DNA of 64,000 bases from Candidatus Marinacidobacterales bacterium (GTDB lineage Bacteria > Acidobacteriota > Vicinamibacteria > Marinacidobacterales > SMYC01): assembly GCA_965237955.1 (NCBI GenBank), contig OZ250169.1:3104001-3168000 (forward strand), read 5' to 3'. Both the position numbers and the translations under genes were made by a program. Positions 53,107 through 63,245 of the stretch are shown piece by piece (positions within the stretch are counted from its first letter, which is position 1; the number at the start of each line of letters is the position of its first letter). The notes under the pieces were generated by a model. It was given only the letters and a program-made list of their open reading frames with translations, was not told the origin of the DNA and searched no databases.

Positions 53107-53899
53107 ACGGCGCTTGTTCGGATTTCTCTGGCCGTTCGGCCTTTTCTTGTTGATGGCCGTAGGCGGCTGCACGTCCTATTACGAGGTGCCCATCGAGGTG
53201 CCCATCGCGGCGAAGCTGGACATCACCGACTACAACCGAGTCCTCGTGGCCAGCTTCACCACCCAAACCAGCGAGCGGCTGGACCTCGATTCCGAGACAG
53301 TGCGGCTTTTGCGCAACCAGCTCCGCATGCGCGCCAACCTTCAGGTCCTCGATGCTGATGTCGAGCCGTTGGGCGATTTCTCCGAGGGCACTCTCGAACA
53401 GCTGGGACTTCTCGACGAATTCAAGGAGATGGAAGAAAAAGCGCGGGCGGAGGGCGAAGAGGAGATCTCCCAACAGGAATGGATCGATCTCGAGCAGGAC
53501 AAGCTGCTCGAGGACGAGGAATACTGGCAGCAGATCGGCGAGGAGTACCAGAATCCTCTGATCGTGACCGGGAAGCTCCGTTTCGGCTCCGAGTCCCGCT
53601 CCGGCTTCACCCGACGCGATCGCTACGTCCGGGATTCTTTCAATCGACCGCAGCTCCAAAGAACTTCAGCGTTCCAGGAGCGAACCGGATTCACGTTGAA
53701 CGCGGAGTTCTACTTTATCGATGGTGAGACCGGGCGCACCATCCACCGTGAGCGGTTCACCGAAGAAGTCATCTATGGACGAGAAGAGCAAAGCTCGGCT
53801 TTGTCATCGTATTTCGAGCTCATGGACCGGCTGCTTCCGAATTTTCTGAGCATCCTTTCGCCCCAGACGTTCAGGGGCACGCGAATTCTCTTGAAGTGA
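53100..53899 (+). CDS. Putative lipoprotein (start uncertain)
   Basis: Hydrophobic stretch followed by VGGC lipobox. Confidence 0.65.
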
Positions 53900-54071
53900 A
53901 GTGGTGATGGTGACGATTGAATAAATTCTCCAACAGGAGGGACACTGCCCTTCACGAGCGCCAGGCTTCTCGCCGCCAAGCTTCGCGTCGTTCGGGCAAG
54001 TGCCGAAGAGACACTTCGGCGCCTTGGAACATTCGAACCTACGTACCTACGTAAACGACACGAGGTAACCC

Positions 54072-57056
54072 ATGATGAATAGCTCGAAGAAATCGATGGG
54101 AAGAGCGGCTCTCGTCGGGATCATCTTGTTGGCATCGGCCACGCTCACGTTCGGCCAGTCATTTACTCCTTTTTACGGCAAGAACAAGGTCAAGTGGGAC
54201 AAACACGGGTGGCAGGTGTATCGCTCGCCCCACTTCGAGGTCTATTACTATCCGGAGTTCGAACAGGAGCTCGGCCGCCTCGTGAGCTACGCCGAAAGCG
54301 CCTACGAAAAAGTCTCGAACGACCTGAAGCACGAGATCTCGTTTCCGATTCCACTCATCCTCTATAAGACGTTTTCAGAGTTCGCGCAGACGAACCTGTT
54401 TCCCATCGAGATTCCCGAAGGAGTGGGGGCGTTCGCCGAGCCGGCGCGCGATCGGATGGTCATCCCCATCGACAACCCGCCCGACGAGCTCCAAGAGCTC
54501 TTTATCCACGAGCTCACACATATCTTCCAGTTCGACATCATCCCGCGCTCGCTCGTCAGGCGTTCGGTCCCGGTGTGGATCGACGAGGGCATGGCGACGT
54601 ACATGGAGAGTGAATGGGATCCACTCGACCTCATGGTGATCCGTGACGCCGCGGTCACCGATCAAATCCCGAGCTTCGAAGCACTGAACGTCGGCTTCGC
54701 GCGCGCCGCGTATAGCTTTGGCGCTTCGGTGTTCGAGTTCATCGAGGAGAGGTTCGGCAAGGAAGGCGTACGCCAGTTCATCTTCGCGCTCCGCCGCGCC
54801 ATCGTCGGAGGCGTGGGCGCCGAGGTGTATCAGCAAGCGTTTCGTCTGAAGCCCGAAGAGTTCTACCGCGAATGGAAGCGCTGGCTTGTCGAACAGTACA
54901 AGCCGTTTCGCGACAAGGAGATTCCCGACGACTACAGCCTCGATATGTCGCCGGACCCGTTAAGGGGCAACTTCGTCGCAGCACTGTCCGCGGCGCCGTC
55001 GCCTTCCAAAGAGCTCATCGCGGTGATGAGCGTGAACCGGAAAGAGGCCGAGTTCGACATCATCTTGCTCTCGGCCGCCGACGGATCGATCATCAAGAAT
55101 TTGACGCCTGGTTACACCGGTGCCTTCGAGAACATCGTCGGGCTCATCGGTGAAGATTCGCTCATCGGTCGTAACATCGCGTGGATGCCCGATGGCGACA
55201 ACATTGTTTTCTTCGGTCGATACAAAAAGCGCCGTGCCCTCATCGTGGTGAACGTTCTCAACGAGCAAGTGGTCAAACGGATCCAGATTCCCGTCGACCG
55301 GGCGCTGTTCCCCCACGTAGGACCGAAAGGCGAGTGGGCTTATTTCACTGCTCTGAAAGACGGTATCAGCGACGTTTGGCGCGTCAATCTCGAGACGGAA
55401 CAGTTCGAGAACATGACCGACGACGGCTTTTTCGACAAGTTCCCGACGGTGACCCCCGATGGCGAGTGGCTCTATTGGAGCCGTCGCATCAGTGGATACG
55501 ACAAGCTGTACCGTTTGCGGCTCGAGGATCCGACCAAAAAGGAGCAAGTCACGTTCGGGACGCACGACGATGCGTCACCGACATTCTCCGATGACGGCCG
55601 TTTGGTCTTCTACACGTCGAACGAGGATGACGACATCTTCAACCTTCGCTCGATGGACGTCGAGACCGGCGATATCATCCAGTACACCGACGTGCTCGGT
55701 GGAAATTTCTCCCCGACGATCATCAAGGACATGAAGTCCGAGGATGATGTCCTCCTGTTCACGAGCTACTACAAAGGAAACTATGGTCTCTATCGGCTCC
55801 CGATGGACGAGCCCGTCAAGGAGATCACGTCCGACCTGATCGTCCGCACCGAAGGTCCGGTGATCGACTTCGTGCCGCCGGTGAGCCATCAGATCATCTC
55901 CGAGAACAAACGCAAGAAAGGAACGTTCGAGAATTTTTACGTCGACGGTGCGCCACCTATCGCCATCGGCGTCACCTCGGGCGGCGATTTCTTCGGTGGC
56001 GCCGGTGTCAGCTTTTCCGACGTTTTGGGTGATCAGAGCTTCACGTTCATGGCGTTGTCGGTGCGCGAGTTCCGGAGCTATCTCGGATCGTACATGAATC
56101 GCGCCGGCCGGTTGCAGTACTCACTGACGGGGTTCGACTCGACGAGCTTTTTCTTCGCGTCGCCGTTCTCTTTCCAGCCGGGCTTCGGCCGTGAAGGCTT
56201 ACTGGCCACGATCCGGCAGACCGGCGCCACCGGCGCCGCCGTGTACGCTCTGAGCCGCTTCCGGCGCTTCGAGCTCGGCACCGGCATCGTGCGGCAACGC
56301 ACGGGGTTCGATGATCCTTTTCTCGACCCGCGCTTCAACCTGGGACTGCCGCCGGACTTTGAGCAGGCGATCGAGTCGCGCTATCCCAACGGAACCGCGC
56401 TGCCGGTCTCGGCCACGTACGTCCAGGAGACGACACGGTTCAGAAATTTCGGTCCGATGGCCGGTAGCACCGTGCTCGCCGGGGTGTCGATTTCGCCTGG
56501 TGGTCCGTTCCTTTCGCGCCAGACGTTCAACCTCGACGCGCGGAAGTACTTACAACTGACGTCGGCGAGCCTTCTCGCGCTGCGGGTGCGAGGCCTGTGG
56601 AGCAGCGGGGAGAACCCCGACCTTTTTTGGTTCGGCGGTAACGGCGACATGCGCGGCTACGACTATCAGTCCTTCGTGGGCAATCAGGCGTTCTACGCGA
56701 ACGCCGAGCTACGGTTTCCGATCATCGATGCCGCGATCACGCCCATAGGGTTCTTTGGACCGCTCCGTGGTTTGTTCTTCGTCAATATGGGCGGTGCGAG
56801 CTTTGTCGACGAGCCGTTCAAGCTCTTCAGCAGCGACAGGCGCCTCTCGTCGCTCGGTGCGCGGTGCGGCCCGGCCGGTACGTCATTGTGTATCTCGGAT
56901 GGATTCGGTCTCGGCGACGCCGTCGCTTCCTACGGCATCGGCCTGACGTTCAACTTCTTCGGGATGCCGATGAACATCAACTGGTCGAAGCTGACGGATT
57001 TCGCGACCACTGTCGAAGGCTGGAAGACGGACTTTTGGATTGGATATACGTTCTGA
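54072..57056 (+). CDS. Peptidase-MA-like + PD40/TolB repeats + Omp85/BamA-type barrel protein
   Basis: HELTH..WIDEGMA, WD40-like PD repeats, MRGY, NAELRFP, terminal F. Confidence 0.82.
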   Translation: MMNSSKKSMGRAALVGIILLASATLTFGQSFTPFYGKNKVKWDKHGWQVYRSPHFEVYYYPEFEQELGRLVSYAESAYEKVSNDLKHEISFPIPLILYKTFSEFAQTNLFPIEIPEGVGAFAEPARDRMVIPIDNPPDELQELFIHELTHIFQFDIIPRSLVRRSVPVWIDEGMATYMESEWDPLDLMVIRDAAVTDQIPSFEALNVGFARAAYSFGASVFEFIEERFGKEGVRQFIFALRRAIVGGVGAEVYQQAFRLKPEEFYREWKRWLVEQYKPFRDKEIPDDYSLDMSPDPLRGNFVAALSAAPSPSKELIAVMSVNRKEAEFDIILLSAADGSIIKNLTPGYTGAFENIVGLIGEDSLIGRNIAWMPDGDNIVFFGRYKKRRALIVVNVLNEQVVKRIQIPVDRALFPHVGPKGEWAYFTALKDGISDVWRVNLETEQFENMTDDGFFDKFPTVTPDGEWLYWSRRISGYDKLYRLRLEDPTKKEQVTFGTHDDASPTFSDDGRLVFYTSNEDDDIFNLRSMDVETGDIIQYTDVLGGNFSPTIIKDMKSEDDVLLFTSYYKGNYGLYRLPMDEPVKEITSDLIVRTEGPVIDFVPPVSHQIISENKRKKGTFENFYVDGAPPIAIGVTSGGDFFGGAGVSFSDVLGDQSFTFMALSVREFRSYLGSYMNRAGRLQYSLTGFDSTSFFFASPFSFQPGFGREGLLATIRQTGATGAAVYALSRFRRFELGTGIVRQRTGFDDPFLDPRFNLGLPPDFEQAIESRYPNGTALPVSATYVQETTRFRNFGPMAGSTVLAGVSISPGGPFLSRQTFNLDARKYLQLTSASLLALRVRGLWSSGENPDLFWFGGNGDMRGYDYQSFVGNQAFYANAELRFPIIDAAITPIGFFGPLRGLFFVNMGGASFVDEPFKLFSSDRRLSSLGARCGPAGTSLCISDGFGLGDAVASYGIGLTFNFFGMPMNINWSKLTDFATTVEGWKTDFWIGYTF

Positions 57057-57281
57057 GGCGCGGCTTCGCCGCGCCGAGGCGGCCATCAGCCGTCGGCCAT
57101 CGGCCATCAGCAGGCCACAGCTGTGCAGGGGTTGGAAGCTCAACTCAGCTCCGGAGCTGCGTTGAGCTGCGGGCTATCAGCACAACTCTGTTCTGCTGAT
57201 GGCTGATGGCCGTTCCCTTGACGCTTTCGTCTCCGAAGGCTAAACTGTTCAGATCTACGCAGGCGTTTAACGGAGGCACCC

Positions 57282-57593
57282 TTGTACGCAATCATCGAAA
57301 CTGGCGGAAAGCAGCAGAAAGCGGCGCCCGGTGAGAAGCTCAAAATCGAGAAGCTCGACGCCCAGGTGGGAGATACCGTCCGCTTCGACAAGGTGATGCT
57401 CGTCAATCGTGACGGCGCGGTCGAGCTCGGAAAGCCGTACGTGGACGGCGCCTCGGTCACCGCTACCGTCACCGAACAGGGTCGCGCGAGAAAAATTATA
57501 GTTTTTAAAAAGAAGCGCCGCAAGCAGTATCGCCGGACGCGCGGCCACCGGCAGGCTTTCACTGCCGTGACCGTTGAGGCCATCGAAGGATAG
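57282..57593 (+). CDS. rplU: 50S ribosomal protein L21
   Basis: [10 protein letters not shown]...GHRQ. Confidence 0.97.
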   Translation: MYAIIETGGKQQKAAPGEKLKIEKLDAQVGDTVRFDKVMLVNRDGAVELGKPYVDGASVTATVTEQGRARKIIVFKKKRRKQYRRTRGHRQAFTAVTVEAIEG

Positions 57594-57599
57594 ACATCC

Positions 57600-57863
57600 A
57601 TGGCGCACAAAAAAGGTCAAGGAAGCTCTCGTAACGGTCGGGACAGCAACGCTCAGATGCTCGGCGTCAAAGCGTTCGCCGGGCAGAACGTGACCGGCGG
57701 GTCCATCCTGGTGCGACAACGCGGCACCCGCTTCAAGCCCGGCAAGAACGTGGGGCGCGGCAAGGACGATACGCTGTTCGCGAAAGTGGGTGGTGTGGTG
57801 GAGTTCCAAAGCCGCGGGCAACGGGGACGGTTCATCCACGTCCACCCCGCGAGCGCTGCCTGA
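57600..57863 (+). CDS. rpmA: 50S ribosomal protein L27
   Basis: [16 protein letters not shown]. Confidence 0.97.
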   Translation: MAHKKGQGSSRNGRDSNAQMLGVKAFAGQNVTGGSILVRQRGTRFKPGKNVGRGKDDTLFAKVGGVVEFQSRGQRGRFIHVHPASAA

Positions 57864-57954
57864 TACCGTTTGACACCGAACCACGAGCTGTTCTTCCTCC
57901 TCCACGACACCCGCGCGTTTTCCTCCACCGAACCTCCGCGGTCATAATAGTTCC

Positions 57955-58968
57955 ATGTGGATCGACGAAGCCGTCCTCGAGCTTCGAGCCGGTAAAGGTG
58001 GCGACGGCGTGGTCAGCTTCCGGCGCGAGAAGTTCGTTCCCAAAGGCGGCCCCGATGGCGGCAGGGGAGGGCACGGCGGTTCGATCTGGCTGGTGGCACG
58101 TTCCGAGCAAAATACGCTCGCCGGCTATCGATACCGACCTCACTATCGAGCGGAGCGAGGCCGTAACGGCGAGGGCCAAACGCGGACGGGTCGAAGTGGA
58201 GAGGACCTAGAGCTTGCCGTTCCTCTGGGGACACTCGTCAGAGATGGTGCGTCGGGCGAGCTCCTAGGGGATTTGACCGAAGAAGGTCAAAGGCTGCTCG
58301 TGGCACGTGGTGGTCGCGCGGGTCGTGGGAACACGTCGTTCGCTTCCGCGACCAACCGGGCGCCGCGACAGGCCGAGAAGGGAGCACCGGGCGAGGAGCT
58401 CTCAGTTCGACTCGAGCTTCGATTGCTCGCCGACGTCGGGCTCGTCGGGTTTCCGAACGCGGGCAAGTCCACGTTCATCTCGCGGGTGAGCGCGGCGCGG
58501 CCCAAGATCGCGGACTACCCGTTCACGACGCTCGTGCCGCACCTGGGAGTGGTGGAGATTTCCGACGACGCTTCGTTCGTGTTGGCCGACGTGCCGGGTT
58601 TGATCCCCGGAGCCAGCGAAGGAGCCGGGCTCGGCGATCGCTTCTTACGGCACTTGAGCCGGACCGCGTACCTCGTTTATTTCGTGGACGTATCCGAGGG
58701 CTCGGGACGAGCGCCGGCCGATGATCTGATCGCGCTTCGGCGAGAAATCGAAGCTTACGGTGAAGGGATGGACGGAAAACCGGCGTTCGTGGTTGCGAAC
58801 AAGATCGATGCGCTCGAAGACGACTCGAGGCTGAAATCGCTCGAGGAAGCGGCGCAAGGTCTGGGCCTTCCGTTTCTTGCCGTCTCCGCTGCGACCGGAG
58901 AAGGTTGCGCCGAGATGGTTCAGGACCTCTATCATCGCATCGCGGCCGCGCGAGCACCAGTAGCATGA
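57955..58968 (+). CDS. obgE: GTPase ObgE/CgtA
   Basis: FRREKFVPKGGPDGG, GFPNAGKS, YPFTT, NKID. Confidence 0.97.
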   Translation: MWIDEAVLELRAGKGGDGVVSFRREKFVPKGGPDGGRGGHGGSIWLVARSEQNTLAGYRYRPHYRAERGRNGEGQTRTGRSGEDLELAVPLGTLVRDGASGELLGDLTEEGQRLLVARGGRAGRGNTSFASATNRAPRQAEKGAPGEELSVRLELRLLADVGLVGFPNAGKSTFISRVSAARPKIADYPFTTLVPHLGVVEISDDASFVLADVPGLIPGASEGAGLGDRFLRHLSRTAYLVYFVDVSEGSGRAPADDLIALRREIEAYGEGMDGKPAFVVANKIDALEDDSRLKSLEEAAQGLGLPFLAVSAATGEGCAEMVQDLYHRIAAARAPVA

Positions 58969-59558
58969 GCAGAGTAGGTGTGCTCGGCGGCACGTTCGAT
59001 CCGTTGCACCTCGGTCATTTACGAGCTGCGGAAGTCGCGCGCGACGAGCTGACCCTCGAACGCGTTCTCTTCGTCCCCGCTGCGAACCCTCCTCACAAGC
59101 TGGGGGATGCGGTGACCGACGCGAGCGCGCGGGTTTCGATGCTCGAGCTCGTGCTCGGCGACGAGGACGGCTTCGAGCTTTCGAGCGTCGAAATCGAAAG
59201 AGGTGGACCGTCGTACACGATCGAGACCCTCGATGAGCTGCAGCGGAGGCATCCCGGCGACGACTACTGGTTCATCAGCGGTAGCGACGCGTTTACGGAG
59301 ATTCGGACGTGGAAGGATTGGGAAGCGCTCTTCGAGAGGTATGCATTCGCCGTGCACGAGCGACCCGGCGTTTTATTGGAAGAGGCGTCTCGGGCGGTAC
59401 CGCCGTCGCTTCACGAGCGCATCGTGTTCCTGAAACGTGAGATGCTCAACGTGTCCTCGACCGAGATCCGGAGCTCGGTTCGAGACGGGCGCTCCATCCG
59501 CTTCCTCGTTCCGGAAGCGGTAGAGGACTACATTCGCCGAAATCGTCTATATGAGTGA
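58965..59558 (+). CDS. nadD: Nicotinate-nucleotide adenylyltransferase
   Basis: GGTFDPLHLGH, SYTIET, VSSTEIR. Confidence 0.95.
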   Translation: MSRVGVLGGTFDPLHLGHLRAAEVARDELTLERVLFVPAANPPHKLGDAVTDASARVSMLELVLGDEDGFELSSVEIERGGPSYTIETLDELQRRHPGDDYWFISGSDAFTEIRTWKDWEALFERYAFAVHERPGVLLEEASRAVPPSLHERIVFLKREMLNVSSTEIRSSVRDGRSIRFLVPEAVEDYIRRNRLYE

Positions 59559-59570
59559 GGATTTGAGAAC

Positions 59571-59939
59571 TTGACCGAATCGAAATTGACACTGAGCTCA
59601 CTCGAGCCTGAACTGCGAGGCGCCGTCGAGGCGGCGCAGGAGAAGAAAGCCGGAGACATTCTCGTGCTCGACCTGCGCGGTCTTGCGAGCTTCACCGACT
59701 ACTTCTTGATTTGCTCCGGCACGAGCCACCGCCAGATCGAGTCGATCGCGGACGAGGTGGCATCGTCGCTCCGATCGCTGTCACGAAGACCGTCCCATAT
59801 CGAAGGGTATCCGCGAGGAGAGTGGATTCTCATGGACTACGTCGACTTCGTCGTTCACATCTTCACGACCACGGGCCGCGACTACTATGATCTGGAACGG
59901 CTCTGGGGTGACGCGGAGAAACTCGCCGTGGCCAGCTGA
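59571..59939 (+). CDS. rsfS: Ribosome silencing factor
   Basis: WILMDY..VVHIF..YYDLERLW. Confidence 0.93.
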   Translation: MTESKLTLSSLEPELRGAVEAAQEKKAGDILVLDLRGLASFTDYFLICSGTSHRQIESIADEVASSLRSLSRRPSHIEGYPRGEWILMDYVDFVVHIFTTTGRDYYDLERLWGDAEKLAVAS

Positions 59940-59967
59940 TACCGCGGCTCACGTCGACGACCAGACG

Positions 59968-60939
59968 ATGGCGAAAGTAAACATCGGGCGAGCCCGATCT
60001 CAAGTTGACGCGACCATCATCGCAATAGATCCGCAGATGGTGGAAGTGGTCAAGCTTCTGAAGCGGCTCGCCGGCACCAACAGCAACGTTCTCCTCAGCG
60101 GGGAAACCGGCACCGGAAAAGACGTCGCCGCCCATGCGCTTCACTTCTGGGGTGAGCGATCCTCGCTGCCGATGGTCAAGGTCGACTTGCCTGCCATTCC
60201 GGCGACGCTCATCGAGAGTGAGCTCTTCGGCTACGAGCGAGGCGCGTTCACCGGCGCCGCGGCGACGAAAGCGGGCAAGTTGGAGCTCGCCGCTCGAGGC
60301 ACCGTTTTTCTCGATCAGATCGGTGAGCTTGCGCCGGTGCTGCAGGCGAAGCTCCTGCGTGTCGTCGAAGATCGGCACTACGAGCGGCTCGGTGGGACCG
60401 AGTCGATCGAGCTCGAGGCGAGGATCGTCGCATCGGCGAGCGCGGATCTCGAGCAAGCCGTCGAGCGTGAGCGTTTCCGGCGAGATCTCTTCCATCGTTT
60501 GGGAGTCTTTTGGATTCGCCTCCCGCCGCTCCGGGAGCGCATGCGCGATATCGTCCCCCTCGCCGAGTATTTCCTCGAGCGAGAGATCGAGCGTCGCGGC
60601 CGGGCACCATCCAAGTTCGCGGCCGACGCTATCGAAGCGCTCGAAAGCTACGCTTGGCCGGGCAACGTACGTGAGCTCAAAGGCGTCGTCGAGCACGGCG
60701 TGCTCATGGCCCGGGGGGAGACCTTGGAGCGATCCGACATCCCCGACTACGTGCTCGACAGCCCGTCAGTGGCGTGGGGGTTCACCCGTGACAAGAGGCC
60801 GTCGCTCGCCGAAGTAGAAAAGAGCTACATCGAACGCGTCTTGAAAGACGTGGGTGGGAACCAGACGCGGGCGGCGGAGATTCTCGGCATCAGCCGGAAG
60901 TCGCTGTGGCAGCGACGGCGGCGTTATGAAATTGAGTAA
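59968..60939 (+). CDS. Sigma54-interaction AAA+ regulator with Fis HTH
   Basis: GETGTGKD, ESELFG..GAFTGA, WPGNVREL, C-terminal HTH. Confidence 0.9.
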   Translation: MAKVNIGRARSQVDATIIAIDPQMVEVVKLLKRLAGTNSNVLLSGETGTGKDVAAHALHFWGERSSLPMVKVDLPAIPATLIESELFGYERGAFTGAAATKAGKLELAARGTVFLDQIGELAPVLQAKLLRVVEDRHYERLGGTESIELEARIVASASADLEQAVERERFRRDLFHRLGVFWIRLPPLRERMRDIVPLAEYFLEREIERRGRAPSKFAADAIEALESYAWPGNVRELKGVVEHGVLMARGETLERSDIPDYVLDSPSVAWGFTRDKRPSLAEVEKSYIERVLKDVGGNQTRAAEILGISRKSLWQRRRRYEIE

Positions 60940-61003
60940 GATCTGCCATCGGCCATCGGCCATCAGCCATCAGCCATCGGCCAGAGTTGCTAGACTAGAG
61001 ACG

Positions 61004-62377
61004 ATGCGAGTTCGGACGGTTCTGACCATTCTCTTGGTTTTTGGGTCGGTGTGGTTCGCGGTGTCGACGATCCGCCTCAACGAAGCTCTGGTTACGATTC
61101 AGTTCGCGTTCTTCCAGCCCATCGAGCTCGAGCTGTGGATGGTGATGCTCGCCGCGTTTGGAGTGGGTGCGGGCGTGATCTTGTTCTTCGATCTCGCCGG
61201 AGGTGCCCGCCGGTTTGCCCGTGATCGTCGTCGCCGCCGCGCGAGCCGGGCTCACGCGGAAGTGGAAGACTTGTACCTCGCTGGGCTCGACGCGATGGTC
61301 AACGGACATTACGAGAAGGCGCTCAACCGCTTCGAGAGCGTCCTCGCGCGAGAGCCGGAGGATGAGAATGCGCTCGTGAAAAAAGGCGACAGCCTGCGCA
61401 CGCTCGGTCGCTATCGCGAGGCCGCCGACACGCTCGAACGTGTCTCGGGAGCGGCGCCCGAGAATCTTCTCGCGCTCTACTCGCTGTCGGACGTCTATCT
61501 CGCCGCCGGCGCGGACGAACGGGCCAAGTTGACCCTCGAGCGGATCATCCACCTCGGTCCCGAGACGACGGTCTCGGCGCACCGCAAGCTCCGGGACCTC
61601 CTGTTGCAGCAAGCCAAGTGGCAAGAAGCGAACGCGCTTCAAAGCCGACTCGTCGACATGGTCACGAACAAGGAAGAGCGAGCGCTCGAGGCGGCGATGG
61701 CGAACGGCATTCTGCTCGGTCTCGGAGTCTCCAAAATGAGCAACGTCGAAGCAGGCGACGTCGAAGAGGCCATGCTCATGTTCCGCTCGATTCTCGAGAA
61801 CGACGAGAGGTTCATTCCGGCGTATGTGAGGCTCGGCGAAGCGCTCGCGTCTGAAGACGACACCGAGCAAGCCGTGCGCACCTGGCGGCGCGGCTACGAA
61901 ATCACTGGATCCACCGAGCCGCTGACGGCGCTCCAGAACTTTTACCTGCGCGCCGAGCAACCTGAAGAGGCCATCGCCGTGTGGAAGCAGGCGCTCGTCC
62001 TCGCGGACAACGAGGTGCCGCTCCGCTACTGTCTCGGCAAGCTGCATTACCGCCTGTTCATGCTCGACGAAGCGCTCCGAGAATTTCGGTTGATTGAAGA
62101 CCGCGTGAGCGGGCTTCCCGCGCTCCACCTCTATATCGCGCGTATTCTGGAGAGCAAGAACGACCCCTCTGCAGCCCTCGCCAAGACCAAGATGCTCGTC
62201 ACCGAAGTCGAAGAGTTGATGATGGACTACGTGTGCGCCGCGTGCGAGTGGCGTGCCGGCGAATGGATTGAGCGCTGCGCGCGATGCGGCTGCTGGGGTT
62301 CGATAGCGTTGCATTTGCCCGCCGCGGCGACGCCGGAGCCGACCATGCAGCCATCGCCTACGTGGTCTACTCCGTAG
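61004..62377 (+). CDS. LapA-like membrane domain + TPR + rubredoxin-type Zn finger (LapB-like)
   Basis: Two N-terminal TM helices, TPRs, CAAC..CARCGCWGS. Confidence 0.75.
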   Translation: MRVRTVLTILLVFGSVWFAVSTIRLNEALVTIQFAFFQPIELELWMVMLAAFGVGAGVILFFDLAGGARRFARDRRRRRASRAHAEVEDLYLAGLDAMVNGHYEKALNRFESVLAREPEDENALVKKGDSLRTLGRYREAADTLERVSGAAPENLLALYSLSDVYLAAGADERAKLTLERIIHLGPETTVSAHRKLRDLLLQQAKWQEANALQSRLVDMVTNKEERALEAAMANGILLGLGVSKMSNVEAGDVEEAMLMFRSILENDERFIPAYVRLGEALASEDDTEQAVRTWRRGYEITGSTEPLTALQNFYLRAEQPEEAIAVWKQALVLADNEVPLRYCLGKLHYRLFMLDEALREFRLIEDRVSGLPALHLYIARILESKNDPSAALAKTKMLVTEVEELMMDYVCAACEWRAGEWIERCARCGCWGSIALHLPAAATPEPTMQPSPTWSTP

Positions 62378-62435
62378 TTCAGTTCAGCATGCTAACCCCG
62401 GGAGGATTTCACCTTCAAATCTCGTCTACTACTTT

Positions 62436-63176
62436 GTGGCTTCTTTGGGCGGCGTGTTCTCTGCGGCACTTCACGGGCTGGGCGCGGTCCTGGTCCCGGG
62501 GGAGTGCCTTCTCTGCAGCGCGCTTCTTGCTCGTCCGCTTCGGGGGCCGATTTGTGTTCGTTGCTTGGACCGGTTGCCTCGTATCACGGAGCCGTTTTGT
62601 CCGCGGTGCGGGCTTCCCTACAGCCGCTTTGTAGCACCGGGGCTTTGTGGGCCGTGCCGCGGTGGTGGGCGCGCGTTTCGCCGGGCGCGTGCCGGCTTGG
62701 TTTACGAGGATGACGTGCGCCTTGCGGTACACGCGTTGAAGTTCGGCGGGCGGGAGAGGATCGCGCACGTTCTGGAGGCTCTCGCCGCGGAGTTGTGGGT
62801 CCGGCCAGGCAAGCTCGAGGGGCACGCGGCTGTCCTTCCCGTGCCGTTGTCGGGCAAGCGCCGGCGCGAGCGGGGGTTCAACCAGGCGGAGCTCATCGCG
62901 CGGGCCGTGGCCCAAAATGCCGCGATCCCCATCCGGGGTCGGCTCCTCGTCAAGAAGAGGGACTGTCCGCCGCAGGCCGGACGCTCCGCCTCCGCCCGGC
63001 GGAAAAACGTCGCGTCGGTGTACCGGGCGTCGATCCCGCGCTCGCTCCAGGGTCGGGACCTCCTCGTGGTGGACGACGTGCTCACCACCGGTGCGACGGT
63101 CGAGGCGGCGGCGAGGGCGCTTCGGCGTGGCGGTGCCGGCGCCGTCGACGTGCTGACCCTCGCCCGCGTGCTGTAG
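62436..63176 (+). CDS. comF: ComF family phosphoribosyltransferase
   Basis: Zn ribbons, RGFNQA, VVDDVLTTGAT. Confidence 0.9.
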   Translation: MASLGGVFSAALHGLGAVLVPGECLLCSALLARPLRGPICVRCLDRLPRITEPFCPRCGLPYSRFVAPGLCGPCRGGGRAFRRARAGLVYEDDVRLAVHALKFGGRERIAHVLEALAAELWVRPGKLEGHAAVLPVPLSGKRRRERGFNQAELIARAVAQNAAIPIRGRLLVKKRDCPPQAGRSASARRKNVASVYRASIPRSLQGRDLLVVDDVLTTGATVEAAARALRRGGAGAVDVLTLARVL

Positions 63177-63245
63177 GATCAACCGGGTTGCCCCCTGCCT
63201 GATCAAGACCCCAGAGCAATTCGGCCTTGACAAGCAATCGAGACG

